This document shows, one piece after another, positions 48,302 to 58,917 of a stretch of DNA of 58,917 nucleotides. The first letter of the stretch is position 1, and every line of letters begins with the position of its first letter. Source of the DNA: Polyangiales bacterium. Lineage in GTDB: Bacteria > Myxococcota_A > Polyangia > Polyangiales > Polyangiaceae. The translations under genes were made by a program, and so were the position numbers. Under the pieces are notes generated by a model, which had not been told where the DNA came from, did no database searches, and was given only the letters and a program-made list of their open reading frames with translations. The DNA is taken from NCBI GenBank assembly GCA_038230375.1, contig JBBRNJ010000058.1, forward strand, positions 1 to 58,917. Direction: 5' to 3'.

Positions 48302-48466
48302 ATGCAACGCGGTTCTTTGCTGATGGTGTTCGGCCTGGCGCTCATCCTGGCGGGCGTGCTCGGGCTCAAGCTCACGGACCTGAACCTTTACTGGGCGGCG
48401 ATCGCGGCAGGCGCGGCGATCGGCTCGTACGGCGGCATCCAGGTCTCGCAGCGCGCCCGGCCGTAA
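48302..48466 (+). CDS. Small two-TM membrane protein (54 aa)
   Basis: GGAGGG RBS; MQRGSLLMVFGLALILAGVLGLKLTDLNLYWAAIAAGAAIGSYGGIQVSQRARP. Confidence 0.6.
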   Translation: MQRGSLLMVFGLALILAGVLGLKLTDLNLYWAAIAAGAAIGSYGGIQVSQRARP

Positions 48467-48554
48467 CGGCACGAGCGCCACGGAATAGACGCTCGCCCTC
48501 CGCTGTTCCGAAGCGGGCGGAGGCTCGGGAGCATCGACAGAGTGGAGAAAAACG

Positions 48555-49541
<987 letters not shown>

Positions 49542-49577
49542 GGACCGTCGGCCGTTGCGAAGGACGAGAGAAGACCG

Positions 49578-50582
49578 ATGATTCCCAAAGAGCTCCTCGC
49601 TGCGCTCCGGACGATCGAGATCGTCACGGCTCGCCTCGCGAACCAGGAGCTCTCCGGCAACTACCACTCCAGCTTCAAGGGCCAGGGGCTCGCCTTTCGC
49701 GAGGTCCGTCCGTACATGCCCGGCGACGACGTCCGCACGATCGACTGGAACGTGTCGGCGAAGATGAACGAGCCCTTCGTGAAGGTGTTCACGGAAGAGC
49801 GAGAGATGACCGTGATGCTCGCGGTGGACATGTCCTCATCCATGCTGTGGGGCACGCGGAAGGCGCCGAAGGCACGGATGGCGAGCGAGGTCGCTGCGCT
49901 GCTCGCGTTCTCCGCGATCCGAAATGGCGATCGCGTGGGTCTGATCCTTGGGACGGACCACATCGAGCGCATCGTGCCGCCCAAGAAGGGCGAGAAGCAC
50001 GTGATGCGCGTGGTCCGGGAAATCCTGGGCTTCCAGGGCCCTGCCGTCGGTGCAGTCGCGCCACCCAAGAGGCCATCGGGGCGCGCAGGCGCACGCTCCG
50101 CCACACCACCGCTGCGCGGAGCAATCACGCGCGCGAGACCTACCGGTCCCCAGAAGACGCCGCTCGGTCCTGCAACGGATATGGCAGGCCTGGTCGAGAC
50201 GCTCACGCGCGTGTCGAAGCGCCGCAGCGTCGCGTTCGTGGTGAGCGATTTCTTCGCGGACGGCTACGAGAAGAAGCTCGCCCTGGCCGCCGCGAAGCAC
50301 GACGTGATCCCGGTGGTCCTCACGGACCCACGCGACAGCGAGCTCCCGAACGTGGGGCTGGTCGTGTTCGAGGATCTCGAGAGCGGCGAGGACGTGCTCG
50401 TAGACACGGCTGACCCGAGGGTCCGCATGTACTTCGCGAAGCAGATGCATGATCTGCGAGAGGCGCGCAGGAGCCTGTTTTTCAAGCTCGGAATCGACGC
50501 AGTGGAGATCGACACGAAGGGCAGCTACGTACAGCCGCTCCGGGACCTGTTCGCGAGGAGAGGAAGGAGGGCGCACAGATGA
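49578..50582 (+). CDS. DUF58 domain protein
   Basis: FREVRPYMPGDDVRTIDWNV, EEREMTVMLAVDMSSSM, VSDF; follows moxR. Confidence 0.9.
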   Translation: MIPKELLAALRTIEIVTARLANQELSGNYHSSFKGQGLAFREVRPYMPGDDVRTIDWNVSAKMNEPFVKVFTEEREMTVMLAVDMSSSMLWGTRKAPKARMASEVAALLAFSAIRNGDRVGLILGTDHIERIVPPKKGEKHVMRVVREILGFQGPAVGAVAPPKRPSGRAGARSATPPLRGAITRARPTGPQKTPLGPATDMAGLVETLTRVSKRRSVAFVVSDFFADGYEKKLALAAAKHDVIPVVLTDPRDSELPNVGLVVFEDLESGEDVLVDTADPRVRMYFAKQMHDLREARRSLFFKLGIDAVEIDTKGSYVQPLRDLFARRGRRAHR

Positions 50583-51754
50583 AGGCGCTCACGCTCCTCA
50601 CCGTGCCGACCGCGCTGCTACTACTGGCGGCCGCGGCACCTTCGACCTCGACCTCGACCTCGACTTCGACCCCAACCCCGACCCCGACCTCGACCTCGAC
50701 GACCTCGACCCTTGACGCTGGCGCGGATGGCGGTGTTGCTTCCACCTGCATCGAGCACCTTCCCGCAGGCGCGGAGCGGCCCATCATCGTCGATCGATTT
50801 CCCTCTCGGGGTCTGTCTGGATACGCGGCGACTCTCGAGGTGAAGGTCTTCCACGGGAAGGGCGAGACCGTGCTCCCGAATGGCCTGTCAGTTCGTTCGG
50901 AGAGCGAGGCGGGCCTGGCCCTGAAGAAGGCGGGCTTCGTCGTTCCGCATCAGGACGGTGGTGCGCGCGCGCGCGTGGAGCCGCAGGCGGAGGATCCCGT
51001 TCATCCGGGTCAGTCGGTGACGGTGCTCTCGTTGCCTGTGTTGGTGTTGCCCAGCGAGCCAGGCCGAAACACGCTGACGCTGCCGCCGTTGCCCGTGGCG
51101 GTCGCCCGCAAGAACGGCGATCTCGCGACCGTCTGCACGCACTCGCACATCATCACCGTCGAAGACCCGATCGCAAACACGCCCGATCCGTTCCCCCAGC
51201 CGAACCCCAAGCCGGAGCCGCAGCGCGAGGAGTGGACCGCGCTGGAAGAGGCGCTGAAATGGATCGGCATGGGTGTGCTCGTCGGCGTCGCCCTGCTGGT
51301 GATACTCCGCTGGTGGCGCACGCGTCCGCAGCCGGTTCCCCCGCCGCCGCCGCCGCGACCGCCGTGGGAGATCGCACTGGAGAAGCTCGCGCGCATCCGC
51401 GCGGACAACCTGCTCGAGCAAGACCGGCAAGGCGAGCACTTCGATCGCGTGAGCGACGCCGTGCGCGCTTACCTGGGCGAGCGCTACGGGTTCGACGGAC
51501 TGGAGTCGACGACGGACGAGATCCTCGGCTCACTCAAGAAGCGTGGCGCGAGCAGCACCGCGTTCTCGGAGGTGACGTCGTTCCTCTCCGAGTGCGACCT
51601 GGTGAAGTTCGCGAAGCTCTTGCCCACGCCAGAGCAGTGCGAGAAGATCCTGGAGTTCGGTATCGGAATCGTCCGCTCCACGATGCCATCGATGGCGATG
51701 CGCTCTCGGCCCACGCGGCCTTCGGAAGCGCCCGAGCTGGGGGGCGAGCCATGA
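50579..51754 (+). CDS. Bat-operon single-pass membrane protein (BatD-like beta domain + TM)
   Basis: Signal peptide, ST linker, TM, then PPWEIALEKL...SDAVRAYL...TTDEI...CDLVKFAK; sits between DUF58 and batA. Confidence 0.7.
   Translation: MKALTLLTVPTALLLLAAAAPSTSTSTSTSTPTPTPTSTSTTSTLDAGADGGVASTCIEHLPAGAERPIIVDRFPSRGLSGYAATLEVKVFHGKGETVLPNGLSVRSESEAGLALKKAGFVVPHQDGGARARVEPQAEDPVHPGQSVTVLSLPVLVLPSEPGRNTLTLPPLPVAVARKNGDLATVCTHSHIITVEDPIANTPDPFPQPNPKPEPQREEWTALEEALKWIGMGVLVGVALLVILRWWRTRPQPVPPPPPPRPPWEIALEKLARIRADNLLEQDRQGEHFDRVSDAVRAYLGERYGFDGLESTTDEILGSLKKRGASSTAFSEVTSFLSECDLVKFAKLLPTPEQCEKILEFGIGIVRSTMPSMAMRSRPTRPSEAPELGGEP
50642..50710. repeat. TCGACC hexamer tandem repeat encoding an ST/PT linker
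   Basis: tcgacctcgacctcgacctcgacttcgaccccaaccccgaccccgacctcgacctcgacgacctcgacc. Confidence 0.88.
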
Positions 51755-52893
51755 AAGGAGCGCTGCGCGTCTTCTTCGTCCTCTTCTGCACGGTCTTCGT
51801 GCTCGGCCTCGCGCTTGGCTACCCGGTCGGTTCGCGGCCGGCGGTCTGGCTTGCTGCCACCTGGGAGAACTGGTGGGCGCTCTTCTTCCTCGTGTTCGTG
51901 CCACCGATCCTGCTGATGACCACGCTGGGGCAGGACAGCACCGTGCCCAGGCTGCGGGTCTTCTCGGCGGCTCCGTTCAAGACTGGGCCGCGTGGCGTGC
52001 GCGCACACCTTCGCGACGTCCCCGGCATCCTGCGCGCTGCGGCGCTCGTGCTGGGCATCCTTGCGCTCGCGCGTCCGCAGAACGTGCTGCGCGGCGAGGA
52101 GTCGGAGGAGCGCGGCATCGACATCGTGCTCGTGCTCGATCTGTCCGGTTCCATGCGCGCGCTGATGGACGGACCCGGCATCGCGAAGAACCGCGCGCCG
52201 GGCGAGCCGGTCACGCGCCTCACGCGCCTGGAGACCGCGAAGGAGGTCATCCTCGAGTTCATCTCGCGCCGCAAATCCGACCGCATCGGCGTGGTGGTGT
52301 TCGGCCGCTCTGCATACATCCTGTCTCCACCCACGCTCGACAAGACGCTCCTCTTCCAGCTTGTCTCCAAGATCGACCTGGACGTCATCAATGGCAATGG
52401 CACTGCCATTGGTGACGCCGTGGGCACGGCCACCGCGCGTCTGCGGCGCAGCGCGGCGCGCTCCAAGGCCGTCATCCTTCTCACGGACGGCGACTCCAAC
52501 TCGGGCAGCATCGAGCCCGACTACGCGGCGCATCTGGCGCAGGAGCAAGGCGTCCGCGTGTTCACCGTACAGATCGGCAACGGCGACGACGTGGACGTGC
52601 AGAACGGCACCGACATCTTCGGTCAGCCGAACTTCGTGCGAGCGCATTTTCCAGTCAATCCAGACCTGCTGAAGCGGATGGCGGCGGAGACGGGCGGCGA
52701 GTCGTTCGTGGCAACGGACAAAGCCGCGCTCGAGAAGAGCATGCACTCGATCCTGGATCGCCTGGAGAAGACCCGCTTCTCCGCGCAGTCCTCGACGCTG
52801 GAGGATCTGTTCCCGCTCCTGCTCATCCCGTTCGCGCTGTTCGTAGCGCTCGAAGCCATGCTCCGCGTCTTCGTCCTGCGGAGGTACCCATGA
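51751..52893 (+). CDS. batA: BatA-like VWA domain membrane protein
   Basis: ATGA overlap; LALARPQ, MIDAS DLSGS, GTAIGDA, LLTDG. Confidence 0.8.
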   Translation: MKGALRVFFVLFCTVFVLGLALGYPVGSRPAVWLAATWENWWALFFLVFVPPILLMTTLGQDSTVPRLRVFSAAPFKTGPRGVRAHLRDVPGILRAAALVLGILALARPQNVLRGEESEERGIDIVLVLDLSGSMRALMDGPGIAKNRAPGEPVTRLTRLETAKEVILEFISRRKSDRIGVVVFGRSAYILSPPTLDKTLLFQLVSKIDLDVINGNGTAIGDAVGTATARLRRSAARSKAVILLTDGDSNSGSIEPDYAAHLAQEQGVRVFTVQIGNGDDVDVQNGTDIFGQPNFVRAHFPVNPDLLKRMAAETGGESFVATDKAALEKSMHSILDRLEKTRFSAQSSTLEDLFPLLLIPFALFVALEAMLRVFVLRRYP

Positions 52894-54110
52894 AGTCCGC
52901 TCACGACTTCGGGAGCCCCTGGATCCTCGGCATCGCGGTGCTCTGCGGCCTGCTCGTGTTGGGCGTGGCAGCGGTGCTCGTGTGGAGCTCCTTCGCGCGG
53001 CAACGCGCGACCGCGCGCTTCGGTGACCTCTTGGTGGTGGGCAAGCTGATCACGGCGGACGCGACCGCGATGCGTGCGGTGAAGGGCGTGCTCTTCGTAC
53101 TGGGCCTCGCGTCCGTGATGGTCGCGTTCGCGCGGCCGCAATACGGCAAGGGCAAGCGCCTCGTTCCCGCGACCAACCTGGATGTCGTGATCGTGCTCGA
53201 TTACTCGAAGAGCATGTACGCGCGCGACGTCACGCCGAACCGCATCTCGCGCGCCAAGGCGGAGATCACCGAGCTGACGCGCAAGCTCCCCGGCGCGCGC
53301 TTCGGTGCGGTCGCGTTCGCGGGCCAGCCCATGAGCTTCCCCATGACCACGGACGGCGCGGCCATCTCCACCTTCTTCCGTCAGCTGGAGCCGAACGACA
53401 TGCCCGTGGGCGGCACCGCGACCGCGCGCGCCCTGGAGTACGCGCGCGATCTCTTCGCGCGTGACCCGAAGAGCAAGGACCACGTCCGCGTCATCCTCCT
53501 GGTCACGGATGGCGAGGATCTCGAGGGCGATCCGCTCAAGGTCGCCGACGAGTGCGCCCAAGAAGGCACGCGCATCGACGTGGTCCAGATCGGCGGGCGC
53601 GCGCCAGAGCCCATTCCCGAGATGGGCCCCGATGGCAGGGTCGTCGGCATGATGCGCGACGAGAGCGGCAAGACCATCATGACGGAGCTCTCGCAGGAGG
53701 CGGAGGCGCAGCTCTCGCAGATCGCGTCGAAGACGAACGGGCGCATCGTGGAGTCCAAGAAGGGCAGCACTGGCGTCGACGAGATGACGGCGGGCTACCA
53801 GAAGATGATGCGCGAGGAGCTCTCGGAGCGCGTCGAGACGCTCTTCGCGGAGGTCTACGCATGGCCGCTCTTCTTCGCGCTCGCGTTCCTTGGTGTCGAG
53901 GCCATGCTTCCGGAGACGTGGCCCCGCATGCTCAAGATGCCTGCGTTCTCCTTCCGCTCCCGCAAGAAGCCGAAGAAGGACAGGCCGAAGACGAAGCCAA
54001 AGGGTGGGCCGAAGGATGGGCCGAAGGACAAGCCGAGGGACAAGCCAAGGGACAAGGACAGGCCAAGGTCTGGGCCCGGGACGAAGCCGAAGAGGGAGGT
54101 GCTCGCGTGA
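52890..54110 (+). CDS. batB: BatB-like VWA domain membrane protein with Lys/Pro-rich tail
   Basis: FARPQYG, DYSKSM, VTDGED; C-terminal KPK/DKP repeats. Confidence 0.8.
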   Translation: MKSAHDFGSPWILGIAVLCGLLVLGVAAVLVWSSFARQRATARFGDLLVVGKLITADATAMRAVKGVLFVLGLASVMVAFARPQYGKGKRLVPATNLDVVIVLDYSKSMYARDVTPNRISRAKAEITELTRKLPGARFGAVAFAGQPMSFPMTTDGAAISTFFRQLEPNDMPVGGTATARALEYARDLFARDPKSKDHVRVILLVTDGEDLEGDPLKVADECAQEGTRIDVVQIGGRAPEPIPEMGPDGRVVGMMRDESGKTIMTELSQEAEAQLSQIASKTNGRIVESKKGSTGVDEMTAGYQKMMREELSERVETLFAEVYAWPLFFALAFLGVEAMLPETWPRMLKMPAFSFRSRKKPKKDRPKTKPKGGPKDGPKDKPRDKPRDKDRPRSGPGTKPKREVLA

Positions 54111-55105
54111 GCGGGCGCGGCTCGAATCATCGCGCAGTGAGGGCGCGGCGTGTGGTGGGGACGGTCGTGGCGCTCGGCGTGTTCGCGGTCGTGGTGCTGC
54201 CGCTTGCGGCGTGCGGATGGAATCCGTCGCGACCGTTCGATCGCAACTCGCCCGTCGTGAACGAGGCCATCTCCGAGCTAGATGGCGGGGACGCGGGCTC
54301 CGCCGCCACCATCCTCACCGAGTACCTCTCGACGGGGACGTGCTCCGAGGGAAGCATCGGCACGCCACTGCTGGTCCGCGCACGTCCGAACGGCGGCGTG
54401 GACCTGGGCCTCTCGCTGTTCAGGGTGGCAGAGGGCTACGGTCAGAGGTTTGGTGACGAGGAGAAGGACAGCGGCATGACCGAGATGGCGCGCGCTGCAC
54501 GTGGCGGCGACATCGAGTGCGCGCTGAAGATCGTGAAGGCCATCGCGGAGGACGACAGCGTCCCGATCGATCTGCGCGCGCGCGCCCGCTACATCCAGGG
54601 CAACCTTCTCTTCCTGGACACCAGGTACAAGGACGCCGTGAAGTCCTACGACGAGTCGCTCACGCTCGCGCCCGGCATGGTGGACGCCGGGGACCAGGTG
54701 GGGCGCGACGCTGCGTGGAACCGCGCGATCGCCCTTCGTCGCATCGAGGACCAGAAGGACGCAGGCCAGGACGCCTCGAGTGACGCATCGCAGGACGCAT
54801 CGCAGGACGCGTCGAACCAGGACGGCTCGCCGCCGCCGGACGGGGGACAGCAAGGCGACGGCGGCGATCCTGGCAAGGACGGCGGCGGGAAGAACGGCGA
54901 CGGCGGTAACGACAACAAGGACAAGGACGGCGGCGGCGACGACGACAACAAGAACCCCGACGCCGGCAGAAACCATCCGCCCGAACCGCCGTCGTCGATG
55001 GACGAGCGCATCCTGGACAAGCTCGAGAACGCGCCGACCGTGCAGCAGGAGGCCGCGAAGAAACAAGCGCAGAAGAAGCGTGTGCGCGTCCCCTTCGACA
55101 AATGA
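54107..55105 (+). CDS. BatC-like TPR lipoprotein
   Basis: GTGA overlap; LAACG lipobox; TPR ARYIQGNLLF..YKDAVKSYDESL..DAAWNRAIA; acidic QD-rich tail. Confidence 0.7.
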   Translation: MSGRGSNHRAVRARRVVGTVVALGVFAVVVLPLAACGWNPSRPFDRNSPVVNEAISELDGGDAGSAATILTEYLSTGTCSEGSIGTPLLVRARPNGGVDLGLSLFRVAEGYGQRFGDEEKDSGMTEMARAARGGDIECALKIVKAIAEDDSVPIDLRARARYIQGNLLFLDTRYKDAVKSYDESLTLAPGMVDAGDQVGRDAAWNRAIALRRIEDQKDAGQDASSDASQDASQDASNQDGSPPPDGGQQGDGGDPGKDGGGKNGDGGNDNKDKDGGGDDDNKNPDAGRNHPPEPPSSMDERILDKLENAPTVQQEAAKKQAQKKRVRVPFDK

Positions 55106-57006
55106 CGAAGCTCCGCTCGCTCCTCCTTGGTCTCGTTGCCCTATGCATCGTGCTCGCGCACGGGCCGGCGCGGGCCCAGCTCCGCTTCCACATGAAGGAC
55201 GTGGAGACGCAGGTCGACCAGGGCGAGGTCGAGGTAGGCGACACGGTGCACGTGACCATGCGCGTGATGAGCGAGTCCACGTTGCCCGAGCGCCCTGACC
55301 TGGGACAGCACCCCGGCTTCACGGTCCGCGGCGGGCCTTCCGTGTCGCAGTCGCAGAGCGTGCAGATCATCAACGGCCACACCTCCACGCGGCGCGGAAT
55401 CACCGCCACGTGGTCCCTCACGGCCACCGCGGTCGGCACGTTCACGATCGGCCCACCCAGCGCGATCGTGGGCGCCACGAAGATGACCTCGGATGCCGTT
55501 CGCGTGCGCGTGTTGAAGAAGGGATCGCTCCAGCGCGGCTCCGACCCGCTCGATCCCTTTGGCGGGCCGAGCACGATGGACCCGTGGAAGTCGTTCTTCG
55601 GCGCGCCCGACGGAAGGGATACGCGCTCGGCCCTGCCCACGGATCCCGCGCTCGGCCTTGACCACGACGATAGCGGGCCGCTGTTCATGCACGCGACGAT
55701 CGACAAGTCCTCCGTCGTTGTCGGAGAGCAGGTCACGTACACCGCGCTCCTGTACGTGGACCCAGATCTGGCGGACCAGGACTTCATCATGGAGCACGAG
55801 GCGGCCGCGGCGTCGTTCCTGAAGCAGACGCTCATGGCCGACGACGCAAACTCGAAGCAGCTCGGCTACGCGAAGGTCCGCTCGCGCGTCTATCGCGTGA
55901 AGCAGGTGCGCAAGGTCGCCTTCTTTCCGGTGAGCACGGGGACGCTCGAGATCGGCGAGCAGGAGATCCGGTATCCAATCGGCAACCGGTACGTGAGCGC
56001 AAAGACCGAGAAGCTGCCCGTGAAGGTCGGGGAGCCGCCGACGAAAGGCCGGCCGCTCGGGTACTCGCTCGGTGACACTGGCCACTTCGAGCTCTCCGCC
56101 GACGTGAAGCCTCGCGAGATCGACCAGGGTGACGTGACCGCCATCAACGTCACCCTGTCAGGCACGGGAAACGTTCCGCGCGCCGCGCTGCCGCTGCCCC
56201 TGCAGAAGGACGTCGCGTTCCTGCAGCCAGAGGTGAGCGAGAAGCTCGGTAGCGCAGACAAGGATCGCTTCGCGGCTGTCGACACGTTCAGGTACGTGGT
56301 CCGCGTCGACCGCGCGGGAGACGTGGACCTTGGCGCGATCGAGCTGCCCTTCTACGACCCTGACAAGAAGGCCTATTTTACCGCGCGCGCCGTGCTGGGC
56401 GTGGTGCACGTGAAGAAGGCGGACGTGAAGCAGGCCGCGCCGTCCGACCCGAACCCCGTGGTGCTCCCGGAGGCGCCGCCGCCGTTCGACACCCTCGATG
56501 GAACGCGCGCGGCCTCCGCAAGGCACGTGGCTGACGCTGGCTGGTTCTGGTACGCGCTCCTCGGAAGCCCTCTCTCGTACGTGCTGCTCCGCGTATCCGG
56601 TGCCGCCGCCAGGCGCGTGAAGACGCGCCGTGCAGAGCGAGCCCAGTCGCCAGACGCGGAGCTTGGGCGCCGCCATGCAGACGCGAAGGCCAAGGCCAAG
56701 ACCGCGCAGAGCGGCAAGGACGCGGTCGCTGCCGTGAAGCGCTACGTCGAAGAGATCGCTGTCGCGCGCGCCGGCGTGAACGTGAAGGGCGAGGCAGCGG
56801 AGGGCATTGCTTCGCTGCTCGAAGACGGCGGCGTCAGCCCCGCGCTCGCGAAGGACACGAGCGCCCTCCTCACTGCGTGCGCGGATCTCGCATTCTCCCC
56901 GGACGACGTGCCCATGAAGGAGGCTCAGACGCTCCTCTCGCGGGCGGAGAAGCTGGACCGGGCGCTCACGGAAGAGTCGCGCACCGCCGACGCGAACCGG
57001 GAGTAG
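55102..57006 (+). CDS. batD: BatD family protein
   Basis: Signal peptide; SQSVQIING, VGEQVTY, SGTGN, LPFYDP repeated beta domains; C-terminal TM. Confidence 0.8.
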   Translation: MTKLRSLLLGLVALCIVLAHGPARAQLRFHMKDVETQVDQGEVEVGDTVHVTMRVMSESTLPERPDLGQHPGFTVRGGPSVSQSQSVQIINGHTSTRRGITATWSLTATAVGTFTIGPPSAIVGATKMTSDAVRVRVLKKGSLQRGSDPLDPFGGPSTMDPWKSFFGAPDGRDTRSALPTDPALGLDHDDSGPLFMHATIDKSSVVVGEQVTYTALLYVDPDLADQDFIMEHEAAAASFLKQTLMADDANSKQLGYAKVRSRVYRVKQVRKVAFFPVSTGTLEIGEQEIRYPIGNRYVSAKTEKLPVKVGEPPTKGRPLGYSLGDTGHFELSADVKPREIDQGDVTAINVTLSGTGNVPRAALPLPLQKDVAFLQPEVSEKLGSADKDRFAAVDTFRYVVRVDRAGDVDLGAIELPFYDPDKKAYFTARAVLGVVHVKKADVKQAAPSDPNPVVLPEAPPPFDTLDGTRAASARHVADAGWFWYALLGSPLSYVLLRVSGAAARRVKTRRAERAQSPDAELGRRHADAKAKAKTAQSGKDAVAAVKRYVEEIAVARAGVNVKGEAAEGIASLLEDGGVSPALAKDTSALLTACADLAFSPDDVPMKEAQTLLSRAEKLDRALTEESRTADANRE

Positions 57007-57011
57007 ACGGA

Positions 57012-57836
57012 GTGAAGGTCCAAAAGCTCCTCCTCGCTCCGCTCGTGCTCGCAGCGTTGATGGCGATCGCCGCCACGGCCCACGCGACGCAGCAGCAGGA
57101 GGAGCGCTTCAAGGGCGCCGTCGCTTCCCTCACCGCCGGCAAGCCGGAGGAGGCCGTCCTTGCGCTCGAGGCACTACGCGACGACGGCATCGACGACGCC
57201 TCCGTGAGCTTCGATCTGGGCCTTGCCTATCTATCTCGCGCGCGCATCGAAGAGTCCCCGGGCGATCTCGGCCGCGCGGTGTTCTCGTTCGAGGAGGCGA
57301 AGGCGCTGACCCACAGCGATGTATTGCATGCAGAATGCACGCGTCTGGCCGGCGAGGTCCGGTCGGTGATCGCAAAGCGAAGGGCGCGCCTGGGCCAGCC
57401 CACGGACATGGAGGAGGCGCCGCCCCCATCGCGCGCGTTCTCCACGATCTTGCCCGAGGACACCTGGGCGCAGGCCACGCTGGCATGTGCTGCGCTGCTC
57501 TTCATTGGTCTCGTGTTGCGGGATCGCACGCGCGGTCGCGTGAAGGTCGCTTCCTCGATCCTCGCCGCTGGCTCCGGTCTTCTGATCGTGATCGCTGGCT
57601 CTGCGACGTCCCAGCGCAGGAGCGACCGGCTCTCCCTCGAAGAGGCGATCGTCGTCGCGGACGAGGTGCGCCCCACCGACGAGAAGCACATCGTGCTGGC
57701 AGACGCACCTGCGCTCGCGGCAGGCACGCGCGTCCGCGTGACCGATCGGCGCGCTGGCTACGCGGAGGTCCGCACGCACGGACAGATCGCGTGGATCCCC
57801 GAGCGCACGATCCTGTCGCTCCCTCGCGCGAACTGA
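57012..57836 (+). CDS. BatE-like TPR + TM + SH3-like protein
   Basis: FDLGLAY...LGRAVFSFEEA (TPR), two TMs, AGTRVRV...AWIP (SH3b-like); last gene of the Bat operon. Confidence 0.7.
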   Translation: MKVQKLLLAPLVLAALMAIAATAHATQQQEERFKGAVASLTAGKPEEAVLALEALRDDGIDDASVSFDLGLAYLSRARIEESPGDLGRAVFSFEEAKALTHSDVLHAECTRLAGEVRSVIAKRRARLGQPTDMEEAPPPSRAFSTILPEDTWAQATLACAALLFIGLVLRDRTRGRVKVASSILAAGSGLLIVIAGSATSQRRSDRLSLEEAIVVADEVRPTDEKHIVLADAPALAAGTRVRVTDRRAGYAEVRTHGQIAWIPERTILSLPRAN

Positions 57837-57998
57837 AGAGAGGCTTCTTCGCGCGCGACGCGCATCGCGCGTGCCAAGATGCGAGCGTGACGCAGGGCGC
57901 AACCGCCGCCTTCGATGCCGACAGCGCATCAAGCGTGCCGAAAAATCGGCGTCGCATCCCCTTGCGGGCGCGCGGCGCGTACGCATTTTCTCACTTCA

Positions 57999-58040
57999 CG
58001 GGGCGTGGCCTTCGGAGTTCTTTCCGGAGGTGGCGCCCCG
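57999..58040 (+). promoter_or_regulatory. Long stem-loop in the 5' leader of the SPFH gene
   Basis: CGGGGCG/CGCCCCG outer stem and CCTTCGGA/TCCGGAGG inner stem, followed by CGTCTTTT and the GGAGGAGG RBS. Confidence 0.45.
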
Positions 58041-58066
58041 CGTCTTTTGGAGGAGGAATGTCTCAA

Positions 58067-58917
58067 ATGTTGATGCTGATGTCTCGCTCGGTTCTCCCTG
58101 ACGAGGTGAACGGGCTCATGCTGCTCGGGGCCGCGGCGCTTGCGCTCGTCGTCCTCGTGTTGCTCTCGGGCATCCGCTACATCCCGAACGATCGCATCGG
58201 CGTCGTCGAGAAGCGGTTCGGCTTTGGTGGCTCTGTTCGTGGCGGCATCATCGCGCTCGGCGGCGAGGCAGGCTTTCTGCCCGACGTGCTTCGCGGTGGT
58301 CTCCACTACCGGTTCCCCATTGCGTACAAAGTGCACACGATGCCGCTCGTGACGATCCCGCAGGGTCGCATCGGCTACGTGTTCGCGCGTGACGGCCGCC
58401 CGCTCGGCCCCACGCAGACCCTTGGCGCGAACGTGACCGCCGCACACTTCCAGGACGTGCGCGCGTTCCTCAACGCCGGTGGCCAGCGCGGACCGCAGCG
58501 CCATATCCTCCGCGAGGGCACCTACGCCCTCAACCTGGCGGCGTTCGTCATCATGACGGACCAGAAGACCTACTACCTGTCGCTCGGCAAGGACGAGGAC
58601 GCCTCGTTCCACCTGATGTCGCAGACGTTGCACGAGCGCAGCGGCTTCTCGCCCATCTGCATCAAGGGCGCCGATGACCTCATGGGCGTTGTCACGGTGC
58701 ACGACGGCCCCGCGCTTCCGCAGGGCCAGATCATCGCGCCGGTCGTGGGTGACGATCAGCGTGACCAGCGCTCCTTCCACAACAACTTTCAGGACCCCGA
58801 GGCGTTCCTCCTTGGTGGCGGCCGCCGTGGCCGTCAGCTGCAGGTCCTGGTGGAGGGCACCTATTGCATCAATCGGCTCTTCGCCACGGTGGAGATGACT
58901 CCCAAGACCGTGGTCGA
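58067..58917 (+). CDS. SPFH/flotillin family protein (partial, runs off the window)
   Basis: GGAGGAGG RBS; TM then IRYIPNDRIGVVEKRFG...IIALGGEAGF...TIPQGRIGYVFARDG...FQDVRAFLNAGGQRGPQ...EGTYALN; open to the window end. Confidence 0.8.
   Translation, partial: MLMLMSRSVLPDEVNGLMLLGAAALALVVLVLLSGIRYIPNDRIGVVEKRFGFGGSVRGGIIALGGEAGFLPDVLRGGLHYRFPIAYKVHTMPLVTIPQGRIGYVFARDGRPLGPTQTLGANVTAAHFQDVRAFLNAGGQRGPQRHILREGTYALNLAAFVIMTDQKTYYLSLGKDEDASFHLMSQTLHERSGFSPICIKGADDLMGVVTVHDGPALPQGQIIAPVVGDDQRDQRSFHNNFQDPEAFLLGGGRRGRQLQVLVEGTYCINRLFATVEMTPKTVV

Overview
High-GC, gene-dense bacterial chromosome segment of about 50 CDS. I found no rRNA, tRNA, CRISPR array or mobile element. The many Cys-lipoproteins with DAG/DGG/DAS linkers, the FHA/PP2C signalling genes and the Bat operon suggest Myxococcota (Polyangiaceae-like); this is an inference. 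Main blocks: (1) a PlsA/PlsR-like double-ATPase activator/reductase pair with a divergent TetR gene and two near-identical operator boxes; (2) a tandem lipoprotein paralog array with a second TetR; (3) housekeeping genes (5'-nucleotidase, truD, exbB-exbD-tonB, family-4 UDG, GGDEF protein, rhomboid, glgP); (4) a minus-strand phospho-signalling operon: Zn-ribbon/FHA protein, VWA membrane protein, Zn-ribbon-FHA frame, PP2C phosphatase, triple-FHA ABC exporter; (5) larB-larC; (6) moxR-DUF58-batABCDE, then a partial SPFH/flotillin gene. Top finding: the VWA membrane-protein ORF ends in an in-register X_XXY_YYZ slippery heptamer (C_CCU_UUA) directly before its UAG. A predicted H-type pseudoknot starts 6 nt downstream, and the -1 frame runs open into a Zn-ribbon + FHA domain. 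This is a candidate chromosomal programmed -1 ribosomal frameshift giving FHA-less (679 aa) and FHA-bearing (about 887 aa) isoforms.
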